A DNA stretch of 60,606 bases from Octopus bimaculoides (Eukaryota), in the NCBI RefSeq assembly GCF_001194135.2, contig NC_068983.1, positions 83,800,463 to 83,861,068 on the forward strand, in the 5' to 3' direction. The stretch's first letter is position 1; every line of letters starts with the position of its first letter. The translations under genes and the position numbers were made by a program. This document shows, piece after piece, positions 36,465-50,957 of the stretch. The notes below the pieces were generated by a model. It saw only the letters and a list, made by a program, of their open reading frames with translations, was not told where the DNA came from and ran no database searches.

Positions 36465-38514
36465 TATATTCAGTTAAATATGCATGTATTTGTGTGTGTA
36501 TGCATGTGTGCATAATAAGTAACTAACAACATGTTTACATTATTTTTGATATTTCTAATTTTCTGTTGACTTGATATTTTTTCTCATTTTTTTCTTTTTC
36601 TTTTTGTTGCTGTGGCTGTGGTATATGAGGAAATGTGTAAGTATTCAATTATTTCCACTCCAGTAAGCAAATACTCCACATCTGAGAATCCATACAGAAT
36701 CTTTCAAATTTTAGGTGTTGACTTAAAGCAGCATCTAAACCTATTTATTGTTAGGTGTATCAATACTTTATTTCTGAATACCATATTTTATTTTTATGAC
36801 ACTAATTTTTTTATCTTTCATATTTATAATTGTGGTTATAGTTGTTGCTATTATCATCATCACCATCATCATTATTATTATTATTATCATTATTATTATT
36901 CATTTATATATTTATTAGTAGTTGTAGTAGCATAGCTATGTTGTTTGCTATAAATATATAAGACATGGCTTTAAAAATCTCTCACCCTAGCAAGGCAAGA
37001 ATATCTACAAGAAAAAAATAAGAAAAAAAAGTAACACAATAGAGAGCAGAATAAACAATAATAATAATAATAATAATGATAATAATAATAATGACGACGA
37101 TGATGACAAATATCACAAATAACTTCGACAATATGCGGTAACAACAGCAGTAAGCATGAAGACAAATAGAACTGTTAAATCAACCTGTAACAACAACAGC
37201 AACAATAACTTCAACAATGACAACATCTACAATAGAAACAAAACAACATAACAGCTGACAAAAATATTAATATGGTAACAACAAAATTACAGCAACGCCA
37301 AACACAGAGAGTACCACAATCAATACATAAAGGCTGTACACGCATATGTATGTACGGACATAAAAAAAATGAGAGTGGAGAAGAGAGAAAGATACATATA
37401 TCACGCATATACACAATTATTGTTGATATCATTATTCCTGGTGCTATATGTGGCTGTTATATATATAAATATATATATACAAGTATGTACATGTGTGTAT
37501 ATGTATGTAATTATATATATATATATATTCACACACGCATGCACAAATATATGAAGTGTGTGTGTGTGTGCATGTGTGTACAGATATATATACAGAGATA
37601 GATAGATATGGATGTATCTGTATATTACACAAAAATATAATATGCAGTCTCATATATGTATATAATATAATATAAATATGTGTGTGTGTATGTGTGTGTG
37701 TATAGGGAGAGAGAGAGAGAGAGAAAGATTGGATAGATAGATAGATAGATATATAGATAAATGTGCATGTATGTGTGTGTGTGTGTATCTATCTCTTTCT
37801 ATTTATATGTATGTATGTATCTATCTATCTATCTATCTATCTATATATATATATATATGTATGTATAAACACATGCACACAATCAACAAGAACTTTAACA
37901 ACAGCGGCAACAAGCACTGGGTGTAGTAACATTAAAAATATAATCTATTTCTCAAGCAACCAAGCCTGTATCTCTGACACAATAATCATGAGAAATATCC
38001 AGCTGACACTTTCAGCTTCTTTTCTCTTCAAAGATGAAGAATGAAACAGGAATAATGTGGATAGTTTTAAATCTACATAGTTTTCTTTCTTTTTTTTTTA
38101 GCGTTTCTGTTTATTTTCATATTTGTTCAATCATCCCAACACTCTTCCTTTCAGATGAACAAAACAGACATCCAGCAACCCAGCCATCACAGGAGATTCC
38201 CCTCTTCCTATCAGGTACAAATTCTTCTGGGCTGCCACTGATAACGTTGGCACAATGAAAGTAAAATCTGAAGAAATTGTAAAGATGGAGCAGAACGGGG
38301 TAAATGTGACTGTGTACAAGGAGTAAATTAGAGAAGAGCGTCAGATAGAGTTCTCATGGGTGATGAACACAGGTTGAAATTCTTATGGACAAAGGTGCTA
38401 CAACAAATGCACTAAGCTTAAATTTGGCATAGAAATGGGTAAATAAAGTGAGGTGTTTAAATTTTGTGACAGGGTAATTATGCCTAAACTAATAATGATT
38501 TCAATTTTTTACAC

Positions 38515-38712
38515 AAGGCAGCAAGTTTGGGGAAGGGGAGAAGTTGATTACATCGACCCCAATGTTCAACTGGTACTTATTTTATCAACCCTGAAAGGAT
38601 GAAAGGTAAAGTCGACCTCAGTGGAATTTGAACCCAGAATGTAAAGATGGACGAAATGTCACTAAGTATTTTGCTTAGTGTGCTAATGATTCTGCTAGTT
38701 TGCTGCCTTTAT
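38515..38712 (-). mobile_element. Family A SINE, CpG-decayed
   Basis: actggtacttattttatcaaccctgaaaggatgaaaggtaaagtcgacctcagtggaatttgaac..gctaatgattctgctagtttgctgcctt. Confidence 0.85.
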
Positions 38713-38894
38713 ACTTAAACTAATTATGGGCAATATAACTGCAACAGTTATTTTTGCATAAACACCATAATCATGATTGGTAAATGAACAAAAGGATACA
38801 TCTTTATGGGGTTTCTCTTGTAGACTCTTGTAGATCTCATTAAGGAATAACAGCAACTTTGTTATCATAGTTGGGGGCTTTAGCGGACATCATC

Positions 38895-39140
38895 ATTATC
38901 ATCATCATCACTTAATGTCCACTTTCCATGCTGGCATGGAGGTGGCATGCCAGAGAGCTGCACCAGGCTCCAGTCATCTGTTCTGGCATGGTTTCTACTG
39001 TTGCATGCCCTTCCTAATACCAACCATTTTAGAGAGTGTACTGGGTGCTTTGAATGTGGCACCAGCATGAGTGCCTTTTATGTGACACCAGTATGTGTTC
39101 TTTACATGGAACCAGCACAGGCATGTCATGGAAAATCAGA
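38895..39140 (-). mobile_element. RTE 3'-UTR copy (others at ~42735-42830, 54935-55335, 58985-59120, 59305-59615, all -)
   Basis: catcatca..aa(c/t)gtccactttccatgctggcatg..gcaccaggctccagtc..atgcccttcctaa..ccaacca..gagtgta..gggtgcttt, the reverse complement of 49370-49539. Confidence 0.8.
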
Positions 39141-39254
39141 TTAACTATTCTGACATACTTAGAAATTATGAATATGTTATGAAGAGTGGGGAAGAGTTAA
39201 GACTCTTTAAGTTCTGCAACAAAAATTACCTATCTACCAAACTAATTTCAACAA

Positions 39255-39480
39255 ACCAATCAGCTATTTGATCACCTACCAAGTGGCCAAACTAGCCAGA
39301 TGGACATCACACTCATCAAGAATGGACATTTGGTTGTGAAAATTAAGTCTTTTCTCTCTAAAGAATGTACCATTCAGCATAGACTAGTGATCAGTAACCT
39401 TAAGATAACCTTTCCAAAACAACAAAAATCTGGAAAACAACTGGAAGAAAGTAGGAATCAAGGAACTCTTTCAGCTACCT
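39255..39480 (+). mobile_element. RTE-like APE endonuclease fragment
   Basis: SQMDITLI..VVKIKSFLSKECTIQHRLVISNLKI parallels SQIDYIF..AKTFLGEECTPQHRLVVSNFRI at 46670-46800. Confidence 0.7.
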
Positions 39481-41694
39481 AGAAGAAAAGCCATATATCG
39501 AGTATACATAGCATGGAGGGAAAGTTGAAAATAGAATGTTTGTTGTTAGTAAACCCTAGGTCTGTCAAGGCAAAGCAAATCTATGTTCAAAAGCATTCTA
39601 GCCATCCCCATTTAGTCATTAAAAGCAGTTTATCTTCCAGTGCATTATCCAACACAACTTCCTTCTTTCATTTAAAATAGTAGAGTGTGATGTAAGAGAA
39701 ATTTGGCTGCTATTTCTGGCAATAACCATCTCAGGATCTCCTCAGAAGTTCATTGAGTGAGCTTAAATATGGATAGTGTAATAGTGTACAGTCAGTAAAA
39801 TGGGGAAGGGGAATAGTTATGGTCAAAATGATGAAAAGACAAAGATGTACCATGGTATGTTGATAAGGAATCAATTAGGGAGTGAAGGCTTGAAATATTT
39901 ACTAGTTTCTTCCAGTAGAGCTTGCTTTGTGTACCAAGAAACCAGAATAACAGCAATCTGTACAATATGCATCACCTCCATCTTCAGGAGTCAGAAGAAG
40001 AGATCTAGTCCAGGAAGTTTCTATTTACACTATTTTTCAAAAGCTCCATTAATAATCTTTCTACCGTCTTTCACAAATAGAACAAAACACACAAACTTTA
40101 AGTCTCACATGTCCAATATTTTTACAGGATGATAACTGCTTAAATGTAAACAGGATATTAACATTTTGGAGTGTAATATGTCTCCTTGCTTTGGCCTAAC
40201 TGGAATTACTTTAGTTTCTTACCAATTAAATTGAAGGAGAAAATTTCAGTGTAGCCTTTTACTTACTTTGTATCTTTAAAAATGGAAGAAACCATATGTT
40301 TTAGCACTTAAACGTAATCATAGAACAAGGACAGTAATGATTAAAGAAATTTTAATCAAGATGGGCATAATATCATACATGCTAGATTTTTGTGCCTGAG
40401 ATATTTGAATAATAGTTACTACTGGGAGATATTTGAAGTAATGTTACTGCTGGTAGAGGAAAGAGACTTGTCAAGAAGTAGTGAAGACTAATCTTAGAAT
40501 GCTGAACTTCATGAAGATGATAATGAACAGTAACAAGTGGTGAGGCTGTCTTCTTAAAAATACCCATCCAATCCAAGCAAGCATGGAAAAACAGAAGTGA
40601 AATCAGGATGTCTATGAATTTGTTCAAGAAGAGTCTATTGATGCTCGCCAACAATAACAACAACAAGGTCACATTCTTGCTTGGCAAAGAAATTTTTTTT
40701 CTTTCTGATGGAATTACTTATTAACAATACTGAACTTACAAAGTTTTCATTGTTATAGTCTTCTATTCAACATATCACTGTTATATTTCTTCTGATTCTA
40801 TCTATGAGTTGTGATATCTTTTAACAGAATTCCAATTCTTCCATTTTCAATTTTCTTTGAAGTATATTCCTTAAAATCTCTATTTTTCTAATTTATATAT
40901 CATACTTTATGTAATCCAAATAGATATGATTTTTTTTATGTTTTTTTAAAGAATTTTGAAATTGAAACTTTGAAATATTTTCATGAATAATAAAATTAGT
41001 TATACTGAAATAATTCGAATAGCATATTTTCTTAAATGTGATTTGATTTAGAATATGAATTGTGTGTATCCAAGGTAGAATTGTACAAAAGATGTAAATG
41101 GGATTATCTAAAAGTCAAAAAGTTAAAAATTACATAGAAACAAGCTAACGTAGAAAAACAAGCAATAAAGAGATGATAATGATGACAATGATGATGATAG
41201 CAATGATAAGGATTATAATGATGATGAGGAAGAAGATAAAGGGATGAAGGCAGCAGAAGTTCCATTCCTTTACACTCAGTATGTATAACTGTAACTATGT
41301 TTCTTTTCAGTATTTTTGGCCTGTTATTACAACATAACTGTGACACTTCAATACACTCCACTGAAGTTTTCCTCTTCCTGCTCTTAAACAGATTTTCTGA
41401 TATCTCTGGATTATGTCAGCAAACTAAAATATTACAACTGTAGCTGAATACTGAAACACTGTGTCAATCAATTCAATGAAGGAGCTTCTCAAGTGCCTAT
41501 ATGTACTTGCTCAACCTGCTAAATTTAGCAACCAAATCTCCCATAACTACACTAGACCGTTTTGTACAAGAAAAGATATATTAGATAATATAAGCTAAGA
41601 CATCCCTAACAAAACAGTTGAAAAGTCTTTGATCTTAGGTTTGTTCATTCGAGGTTGATTTGGAGCTAAAAGAACATTTAATTCAATACATTAA

Positions 41695-41914
41695 CCCTTT
41701 TGTTACCAACCGGACTGAAACTGGCTCTGACTCTGAGTACAAATGTCTTGTTTTCATAAGTTTTGAATTTAAATCTTCCGAGAAACTTTAGTCCCAATTT
41801 ATGTTCCTAATACTAGCTTAAATTTAACTAAGTTAGTTTACTAAAGAATTTGGTATATTCAAAATAACTGAATGAAACACAGAGCATCTCAAAATAAATA
41901 CAGTAACAAAAGGG
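41695..41914. mobile_element. piggyBac-type MITE
   Basis: TTAA|cccttttgttac ... gtaacaaaaggg|TTAA: perfect 12-bp TIR and TTAA TSD. Confidence 0.9.
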
Positions 41915-44900
41915 TTAAAGAATTCTCTGTTCAAATAAGCACTTATCATCTCATAATCTCATTACATATTTCCTTTATCTTAATATAACACATGTAGAAT
42001 GGCCAAACTCAAAAGTTAATCAAACCATAAATATTCCATAAGATACATTATGCCAAACATAAAGGAAAGATGTTAGATCCAAGTCACAGAAGTAACCAAT
42101 GTGTTTCATGACATTTAGTATCTTAACTGTTTTGTGATTAAACTTCTATTGAAATACAATGTCTAAGTATTTCAGTTTATTTTGAAAGTATTCAAGTATT
42201 TCAAGAGATTTAGTAAAATATCTTTTTCCTTATTTATTTGTTATTTGGAATGCAACTTAACAAAATTACAATGAAAGTTTTTAATTTAAATATGAACACT
42301 TTAAAATGAGAAGATTTACATTATAGAAGCACAGTCTCAGATGGTTTGGTCTCAAAAGAGTTAAAATCCTGAGACAAAATTCTACCAAGGCCACCCTTGA
42401 CATTCCTGTATTAATTTTCCATTTATAGTTGATTTTAATATGACAAGTCTGTGGGACTGAATATTTTATCTACATTTACTGTTGTTATATTTTTTGGGAT
42501 ATTTGTGTTGTGTTTTTATTGTTGTTTAATCCTGATCAGTACTGAGGAGGGTTAGGATATGAAAATAACTGTTAAAATAAAGTGTCTGATTGGTCTTTCT
42601 TGCTGTAGTCATCTTTTATATCAGGCATCATCATCGTCATTGTTGTTGTTGTAACTGTCATTTCCATCATCATTATCATTACAGTCATCATTGTAGACAT
42701 CGTCATTATTATCATTATCATAAACATCATCTTTGTCGTCATCATCTTACATCTATTTTTCTATGCTGGCATGGGTTGAAAAGTTTTTCTGAGGCAGTGT
42801 TTTACCCTTCCTGATGCCAACCCTTTTAGCTAGCATTTGCAGCATACAGAATTACAGAGTACCTATTTCCAAACCCAAGATATATGCAGTATATTATTAT
42901 ACATGTTGTCTGAAATGTAGGGTTTAAAACACATTTCCTGTCTTAAAGATAGGAATGATTTTGTTTTTGATTTGTTTTTTAACAAGTCCAAGTGACTATA
43001 TACAAAGGCTCTTTATTGACTCATCTACATGTAGTGTACCTAGTTTGCTTGTCTTCTGACCGTTGTGAGCTCTGTCAGCATTATTCAGCATCAAGTCATC
43101 AATTGTTTCTTTTCTGAGATCCATATAGAAATTACTGCTTCATCTCAAATATCATATAACAGATTTATTATTTTCCCTAGGTAGAATTTCTTGAGATACA
43201 AAAACAAACCTAACATAAATTTTAGAAGAATTTGAAGTGCTATATATTATCTTCAAAATATATTGGATAAAATTACCCATATATCAATAGCATTATAGAA
43301 AAAAAAAAAAGAAACACTCATATTTTTTCCCTTTAATTTTCATTTATTTATTTATATTTAAATTTATATTCCCAGAAAATTTTATTGTTAATAATTGGTT
43401 GAAAAATATGTTATTTGGTTCTGAAATATAATTTTTGGATTTTTGCAACAATTTCCTAGCAAATCATTCCCTCTTTATCTTTGCTAATATCATACCACTT
43501 AAAAAAAAACATTTATTTTATTTTTATATAAATTTTTGGTTACTTCTTAAAGGTGAAATGCTTTCAGTATGTAAAGTCTATTCCAAATCATTTTGCCATA
43601 ATAGCCTCAGTTTTTTTGTTAATTTTCATGTTATGTTATTAACACCAGTAATATAGTTTCTAAGGCCATTTTGATTATAACTTTCCATACATGAATATTA
43701 TTGGAAATGATGTTCTTGGCTCATATTTTCTATTCCAGAATGAAAAATTAATCTTTTGCCAAAATAGTTTCAAAAAAATTGAACAAGCTCATTAGAAAAT
43801 AACAGTTTACATGTTTAATTGAAGACTTTAGGAAATGCTCCTACTGTTTATTTATGTCTTTTTGTTCTTTAGAATGTAACATTTTTTTCAGAATTTATCA
43901 AGAATATAGCAACTGGTGAGTGGGATACCTTATCACTAACTCACCGTTCTTGGGTTCTATCCTCTACATAATGCACATTGATTTTTTAATCCCTATTTAA
44001 TGCCTTCCCTATTTCTTTCTTGTACACAAAATAACATTGGACAGATAACAGAAGGTACATTTCATCTAACCAACTACATTTTATCCCAGTTCACAGTTCA
44101 GTAGTTGGCATTAAAGACATATGCAAAAGTAACCAAATTGAAGATTTATATTAACATTTCTATTCCACAGATTTATATATATATGGTTAGTTAGCTTTTC
44201 AATCTATTCAACTACAGAAAAATCTCATGATATAAAATCCACCATTGCCAAATTCATAGGCAAACTTTTGAAAAAAGATAATGTGAAACCTTTGTTAGTA
44301 TCCAAGAAAGATAACCTAACAGAACAGTTTTTTTCATAATGTAAATAACTAAGTTCTCAAAATTAAAAATTATATAAAATTGAAGGTGTTGCATTTATTC
44401 ATTCTTTCTTAACTTATACATTTCTTCGGAGTGATGGAAATGATATGTAGATTATAGTCCAAAGTCAGAGGAATATCAGGAAAGATTTGATAAGGAAAGT
44501 TTATATGGTGAATATGATTAAAATAGGTATCTTTCATTGATGGCATTAATAAACAAGTACAATTATGAAACATTTAAAATAAAACACATAAGACAAAAGA
44601 CTTATGGCATAATAGAAAACATAAACAATTGCCTAAACAATAAAATCAACACAGTTTTATTTAACCATTGTTTTGGTATAAATTCTTTCCCAAATACCAG
44701 CTCAAGTTTATTGATTTAATAAAACTTTGATTCTCTTGATTTAATATTAATCAAAAGAATCAAACATCCAAATAATAAACTGTTTAAAGCTGTTTTGCAT
44801 CTAATTCCTTGTATTTGGTAGAAAAATTCATACTAGATGGGAAGATATAATAAACAGGGAACAACTTGCTCTTTTACACTTTTATTGATTTCAGTCATTG

Positions 44901-45277
44901 AATTTTGGCCAAGCTGGGGCACCAGATTCCAAGGTTTTAATCAATTACATTAACCGCAGTACTTCATTTGATTGATTTTAGAAGTAACAAAAAAGACTTC
45001 AGCCTAGGTATAAAGGGGCATAACAAAAATGTCATCCTCATCCTGATTTTGCCATTTCCTCCTCCTCTTATTCTTTCTCTTATAATAATTATTATTGTTG
45101 TTGTTTTGTTTTTATCTGTTTCATTCGCCGTTTTTAGTCTTATTTTATACTTACTGTCATGTTTCATTCATTTGTAAGATACATCATAAGACACATGTGT
45201 GCCACACAGTGTAAGAGCAGACAACTTGAGGCTTGTCTGATGAAGTGCCACCCAAATATAATCAATCACAAATATTA

Positions 45278-45745
45278 TTTCTTTTATTTGTTTCAGTCAT
45301 TTGACTGTGGCCATGCTGGAGCACTGCCCTTAGTTGAACAAATCGACCCCAGAACTTATTCCTTGTAAGCCCAGAACTTATTCTATTGGTCTCTTTACCA
45401 AAGCGCTAAGTTACAGGGACATTGACACACCAGCATCAGTTGTCAAGCGATGCTCGGGAGGGGGGGGACAAACACAGACACATAAATATACACACACTCA
45501 TATATACTTATATATTTATGTCTTTGTCTTTATGTTTTCGTTTCTCATTGTGTTTAACGTTTTTTGTGATGTCCTGTACCCATATATGCATGTATGTATA
45601 CATATAGATGTAGGTATGTACATAAATGTATGGATATATGCATATATTTATATATTATTTATGTTATTTTATTTATATACGATGGGCTTCCTTCAGTTTC
45701 CGTCTACCAAAAGGACTCACAAGGCTTTGGTCGGCCCAAGGTTGT
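45278..45745 (-). mobile_element. Family B SINE lacking most of the head, CpG-decayed
   Basis: Aligns to 1107-1440; 3 of 11 homologous CpGs retained in the 3' body. Confidence 0.88.
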
Positions 45746-46362
45746 GTAACTTTTCACATGAAATCATTTACATGCCATGATGTCAGGACAGAGTGGTATT
45801 ATGACAATTGCAACAAATAATAAAGATATGCTAAATTCATTCTTCCTCTTACATATATGCAGAAAAGGTGTCAGTAGATATGCATGTGTGTGTGTGTGTT
45901 CATATGCATGTGTGTTCATATGCGTGTGCATACACACATATTCACACGAACACACATGAAAACAAATAGTTGGAGTTTCAGATATTTCGTTACAAACATT
46001 TCAGTTGTCTATAATTAATAATTGACACATATATAATACTGATCATCACCCACCTCTTCTGATGATATGTTGAAATGGAAGATGTAGTTGATGATTGATT
46101 TAATATGTTTTAATTACTAATTATTGATTAACAACTACTAAAACCTACTGAGATATTTGTAATGAAATATCTGATATATATATATATATTTGTTTTCAGT
46201 TTGTTCTTTTAAACTATAAGTGGTTCTGCCAGCTACATTGTAACCTTAATACATATTGATGCTCCCTTGGTAGCACTATTCTGTTGTAGGGGTTTTTAAC
46301 ATAGCTGTTATGTGAGCCCCAATCTTCAATGGTAGTTTGTTGCCCTATCAACACATCTAAAG

Positions 46363-46438
<76 letters not shown>

Positions 46439-46584
46439 AAAATATACATGCATATATTTATATATTTATAGATAGATGCATAGATACATACATACATGAG
46501 TGTGTGGGTGTGTGGGTGTAAAATATACATGTATATATATATTTATAGATAGATACATACATACACACATACATAAGTGGATGT

Positions 46585-49539
46585 GTTTTCTGTGATGCAA
46601 ATAATCGTATGATCTGTAATACTAACATCAGGAAACTTGCTAGTCACCTGTTCACCTACCAGTCTGGTGGGTACACTAGTCAGATTGACTACATTTTCAC
46701 CAGGAAACGAGAAAAATGGCTACTTATAAATGCCAAAACTTTCCTAGGTGAAGAATGCACCCCACAACATAGATTAGTAGTTAGCAACTTCAGGATCAGG
46801 GCTAAGTGGTTGCCCAGAAGACAACCAGCATGGCAAAGAAGGGTCTGGAAGCTTAAGGATCCTCTAAATGGACAGAGATTTAGAGATGTATTACTTGAAG
46901 CTTTTGACGAAAAAAAGGAGGATATAGCATCACATAATGTGGAGGACAACTGGAGGTCCCTACAGGACAACCTGTTGAGGGCTACTGACCAGACCTGTGG
47001 CTAGTGCAAAGTCCCCTCTCGACCTAAGGTAACATGGTAGTGGAACAATGTAGTTGATAAAGCCATTAAGGAAAAGAAACAGGCATGGAAGGACTGGAAG
47101 TGTTGTGGTAGCAGGAAACTGTATCAGATCGTCAGAAGGGAAGCTAGGACAGGTTTACTTAGCCAGTGGGGAAGCAGATAAGAAAAAATTCACCAATGTT
47201 CTATGTCATAAGGACCAGAGACCTGACGTGTTTCAAACTGCAAGACATTGTGTGAGAGAAAATCACAATGTCATAGGAGAGAAATGTGCCACGTGCATTT
47301 AATGATGTTGCAAAAAGAGAGAGACTTGGAGATATTACTATGAAACCTTGCTAAATGTAGAGAATGAATGGAAGAAAGAGAGTCTGCCAAATGTTGACCC
47401 AACAGAGGGACCAGCTATTCGAATTGACAGTACATTGGTAGATAAAGCAATCAAGAGTATGAAGACAGGGAAAGCCTTCAGCCCACCAGGAATTACTGCT
47501 GAGATGCTTAAAATATCTGGCGGTGTAGTCACCCATATAGTCAACTAGGTGGTACACGAAGGAGGCATACCCAATGACTAGCATAGCAGCACCATAGTCA
47601 ACTGCTACAAAGGTAAAGGTGATGCATTAGATAGAAATAATTACAGAGGTTNNNNNNNNNNNNNNNNNNNNNNNNNNNNNNNNNNNNNNNNNNNNNNNNN
47701 NNNNNNNNNNNNNNNNNNNNNNNNNNNNNNNNNNNNNNNNNNNNNNNNNNNNNNNNNNNNNNNNNNNNNNNNNNNNNNNNNNNNNNNNNNNNNNNNNNNN
47801 NNNNNNNNNNNNNNNNNNNNNNNNNNNNNNNNNNNNNNNNNNNNNNNNNNNNNNNNNNNNNNNNNNNNNNNNNNNNNNNNNNNNNNNNNNNNNNNNNGCA
47901 TACCCAATGACTAGCATAGCAGCACCATAGTCAACTGCTACAAAGGTAAAGGTGATGCATTAGATAGAAATAATTACAGAGGTTTCAAATTGTTGGATCA
48001 GATGATGAAAGCCAAAGAGGGTCATAGCCCAACTAATTAGGGAGATAGTTAGTTTAGGTGAGATGCAGTTTGGGTTTGTGCGAGGGAGAAGCACCACTGA
48101 TGCTATATTTCTTGTAAGACAGCTGCGAGAGAAATTCCTAGCCAAAAACAAACCTCTGTACTTAGCTTTTGCTGATATGGAAAAAGTCTTTGACAGGGTC
48201 TCCCAATCCTTTATCTGGTGGTCAATGCAGAAACTAGGGATAGATGAATGGTTGGTGAGAGCTGTACAAGCCATGTAAAGGGATACTGTCAGTAAAGTGA
48301 GGGCTGGCAATGAGTATGGTGAAGAATTCCAGGTAGAGGCAGGGGTTCACCAAGGATCAGTCCTCAGGGCCCTCTTGTTTATCATAGACCTCCAGACAAT
48401 AACAGAGGAATTCAAAACAGGCTGCCCCTGGGTGCTCTTTTATGCTGAAGACCTTGCTCTAATAGCTAAGTCACTACCAGATCTAGAGAAGCAGTTTCAG
48501 GTATGAAAGCAATGTCTAGAATCGAAGGACCTTAGAGTTAACCTAGCAAAAACTAAAGTCTTAATAAGTAAGAAGGTGGACAAATCACAAATCCCTTCAG
48601 GTAGATGGCCCTGCTCAATCCGTAGAAAAAGTGTAGGTTGAAACTCCATAAGATATACCCACAAACAGCGATGTTACACGGCAGTGAAACATGGGCTGTG
48701 ATTCCTGAGGACATGCATAGGCTAGTATGTTTCGCTGGATGTGTAATGACAGTGTGCATGTACAACAGAGTGTAAGCACTCTGAGAGAAAAGTTGGACAT
48801 AAGAAGCATCAGATGTGGTGTGCAAGAGAGACAACTGCACAGGCATGGTCCTGTGTTGCGCATGGATGAAGACAGCTGTGTGAAGAAGTGTCACACCCTA
48901 ACAGTGGAGGGAACCTGTGGAAGAAGTAGATCCAGGAAGACGTGGAATGAAGTAGCAAAGCACAACCTTCGAATGTTGGGCTTCACAGAGGCAATGACAA
49001 TCGGCCAAGACTTTGGAGATATGCTGTGCTTGAGAAGTCCCAGCAAGCCAAGTGAGATTGTAGTCATGGTCGATGCCAGTGTTGCATAACTGGCCCATTT
49101 AAAAACACCCTTCAATCATCAGGCAATATGCCATACTTGTGAAGACCTGTTGAAGTGAGTGAAATCATAGTCGTGGCCAATGCCTGTGCCGCCTCACTAG
49201 CACCCATGCTAGTGGCACATAAAAAGCACCCGTGCCAGTGGCACGTATAAAAAACCCTTCAAGCATGACCAATGCCAGTGATGCCTCACTGGCACCCGCG
49301 CCGGTGGAATGTAAAAAGCACCATTTGAGCTTGACTGATACCAGTGCCACCTGACTGGCTCCTGTGCTGGTAGCACCCACTACACTCTCGGAGCGGTTGG
49401 TGTTAGAAAGGGTGTCCAGCAGAAACCTTGCCAAATCAGATTGGAGCCTGGTGCAGCCTCCCAGCTTGCCAGTCGTCAGTCTAACCATCCAACCCATGCC
49501 AGCATAGAAAGTGGATGTTAAACGACGATGATGATGATG
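46585..49539 (+). mobile_element. 5'-truncated, inactivated RTE-clade LINE (APE C-half, RT, modular 3' UTR, (GAT)n tail)
   Basis: ICNT..TYQSGGYTSQIDYIF..QHRLVV (APE); KTGKA..GITAEMLK; QFGFVRGRSTTDAIFLVRQLREKF..LYLAFADMEKVFDRV; GVHQGSVL..LLF; FYAEDL (YADD); VEGTCGRSRSRKTW. Numerous stops and frameshifts; spans a gap. Confidence 0.95.
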
Positions 49540-50207
49540 TGTGTAAATATATATTATATGCATGTATGTATATATGCATATGCATGTGAATGTGTGTTTG
49601 TGTGTATGTGGATATATATATATATATATCTGGTTTAGGTTAGATGTCTTTTCTCCACAGTAACACAAATAATCAACAAAACTAACCATTTACAAAAAAA
49701 ATGATGGCAATGCATGCATCATGCATGCACAGACACGAACACACACACACACACAAATGTCATCACCATCATGACTGTGACCAATGATTAATTTTTCTTT
49801 TTTTTTTTTTTTTGGAGATGGGCATAGAGAAAATAATTCAAAGCAGTGAAAACATTGAAGGGTATAAAATGTCAATGTAATTAAGATTATCATTAGTTAT
49901 TATGTGTCATAAAGTACTGAGCTATGTCATAATGCACACTTTGTAGGAGATGAAGATAACATGCCATGACACACAATCTTGTCTCCATTGACATCAACAC
50001 CATTACTCGCAATCTTAAAATCGGCACTGCCACCAATACCACTAATACTACTACTGCTACTGCTACTACTACCATTCCATTTTGAAACATGTATAAACAC
50101 ATACAAGGCATGCATATAAATGCATGCACATGCTTTACATTCATACTCATGCACAAACAGGTACAGAGATACACACACATATGCATATATACATGTATAT
50201 ATATACA

Positions 50208-50258
<51 letters not shown>

Positions 50259-50571
50259 GTATAAACACATACCTATGTGCATATTTATATACATGTACAC
50301 ATACATAAGTACATACATATATATGTATGTATATGTATACATATATCTACATGCACATCATACTTTTCAGGTTATATAGTATATAAACAACAACAACAAT
50401 ACAAACAACTACATTGAAAAAATGAATGAAGGGTGGTGCCACTATGAAGATGCTTCACCTACTAGAAATAGAAACCAAATCTGACTCAAAACCCATCTTG
50501 CATGTGTATAAGATAGTTCTAAAAACATTATTTACATTTGACGGATATTTGTCCTCATCTTGTTTGTTGTT

Positions 50572-50617
50572 AACACAACGTTTCGTCTGATATACTCTCC
50601 AGCCTTCATCAGGTGTC
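50572..50617 (-). ncRNA. Minimal type I hammerhead ribozyme motif, catalytic core intact
   Basis: RNA: GACAC CUGAUGA A GGCUG GAGAGUAUAU CAGAC GAAAC GUU GUGUU. Stem I GACAC/GUGUU, stem II 4 of 5 bp, stem III reduced to palindromic ACGU. Activity untested. Confidence 0.6.
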
Positions 50618-50653
50618 TTGGGGAAATTTACAGCCTGGGCTCTCATTCCTAAG

Positions 50654-50688
<35 letters not shown>

Positions 50689-50911
50689 GTTCAGGTCACT
50701 GCTTGGAATCAAACTCGGAATCTTGGGGTTAGTACCCCGTGCTCTTAACCACAGGCATATGGCATAGTGGTTAAAAGCAAGGGCTACTAACCCCAAGATT
50801 CCAAGTTCAATTCCAACCAGTGACCTGAGCAATAATAATAATGATAATAATAATAATAATAACATCGAAAAATACCTTAAGAATGAGAACCCAGGTTCAA
50901 AATTTCCCCAA

Positions 50912-50957
50912 GACACCTAATGAAGGTTGGAGGGTATATCAGCCGAAATGTTGTGTT
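50912..50957 (+). ncRNA. Degenerate hammerhead partner (CUAAUGA; GAAAUGUU)
   Basis: Same layout as 50572-50617 but with core substitutions expected to abolish cleavage. Confidence 0.5.

Noticed and set aside
47565-47984. 87-bp direct repeat inside the RTE LINE (47565-47651 and 47898-47984)
   Set aside because: The identical copies flank an N-gap and the LINE reads on seamlessly if they are merged; an unmerged contig overlap.
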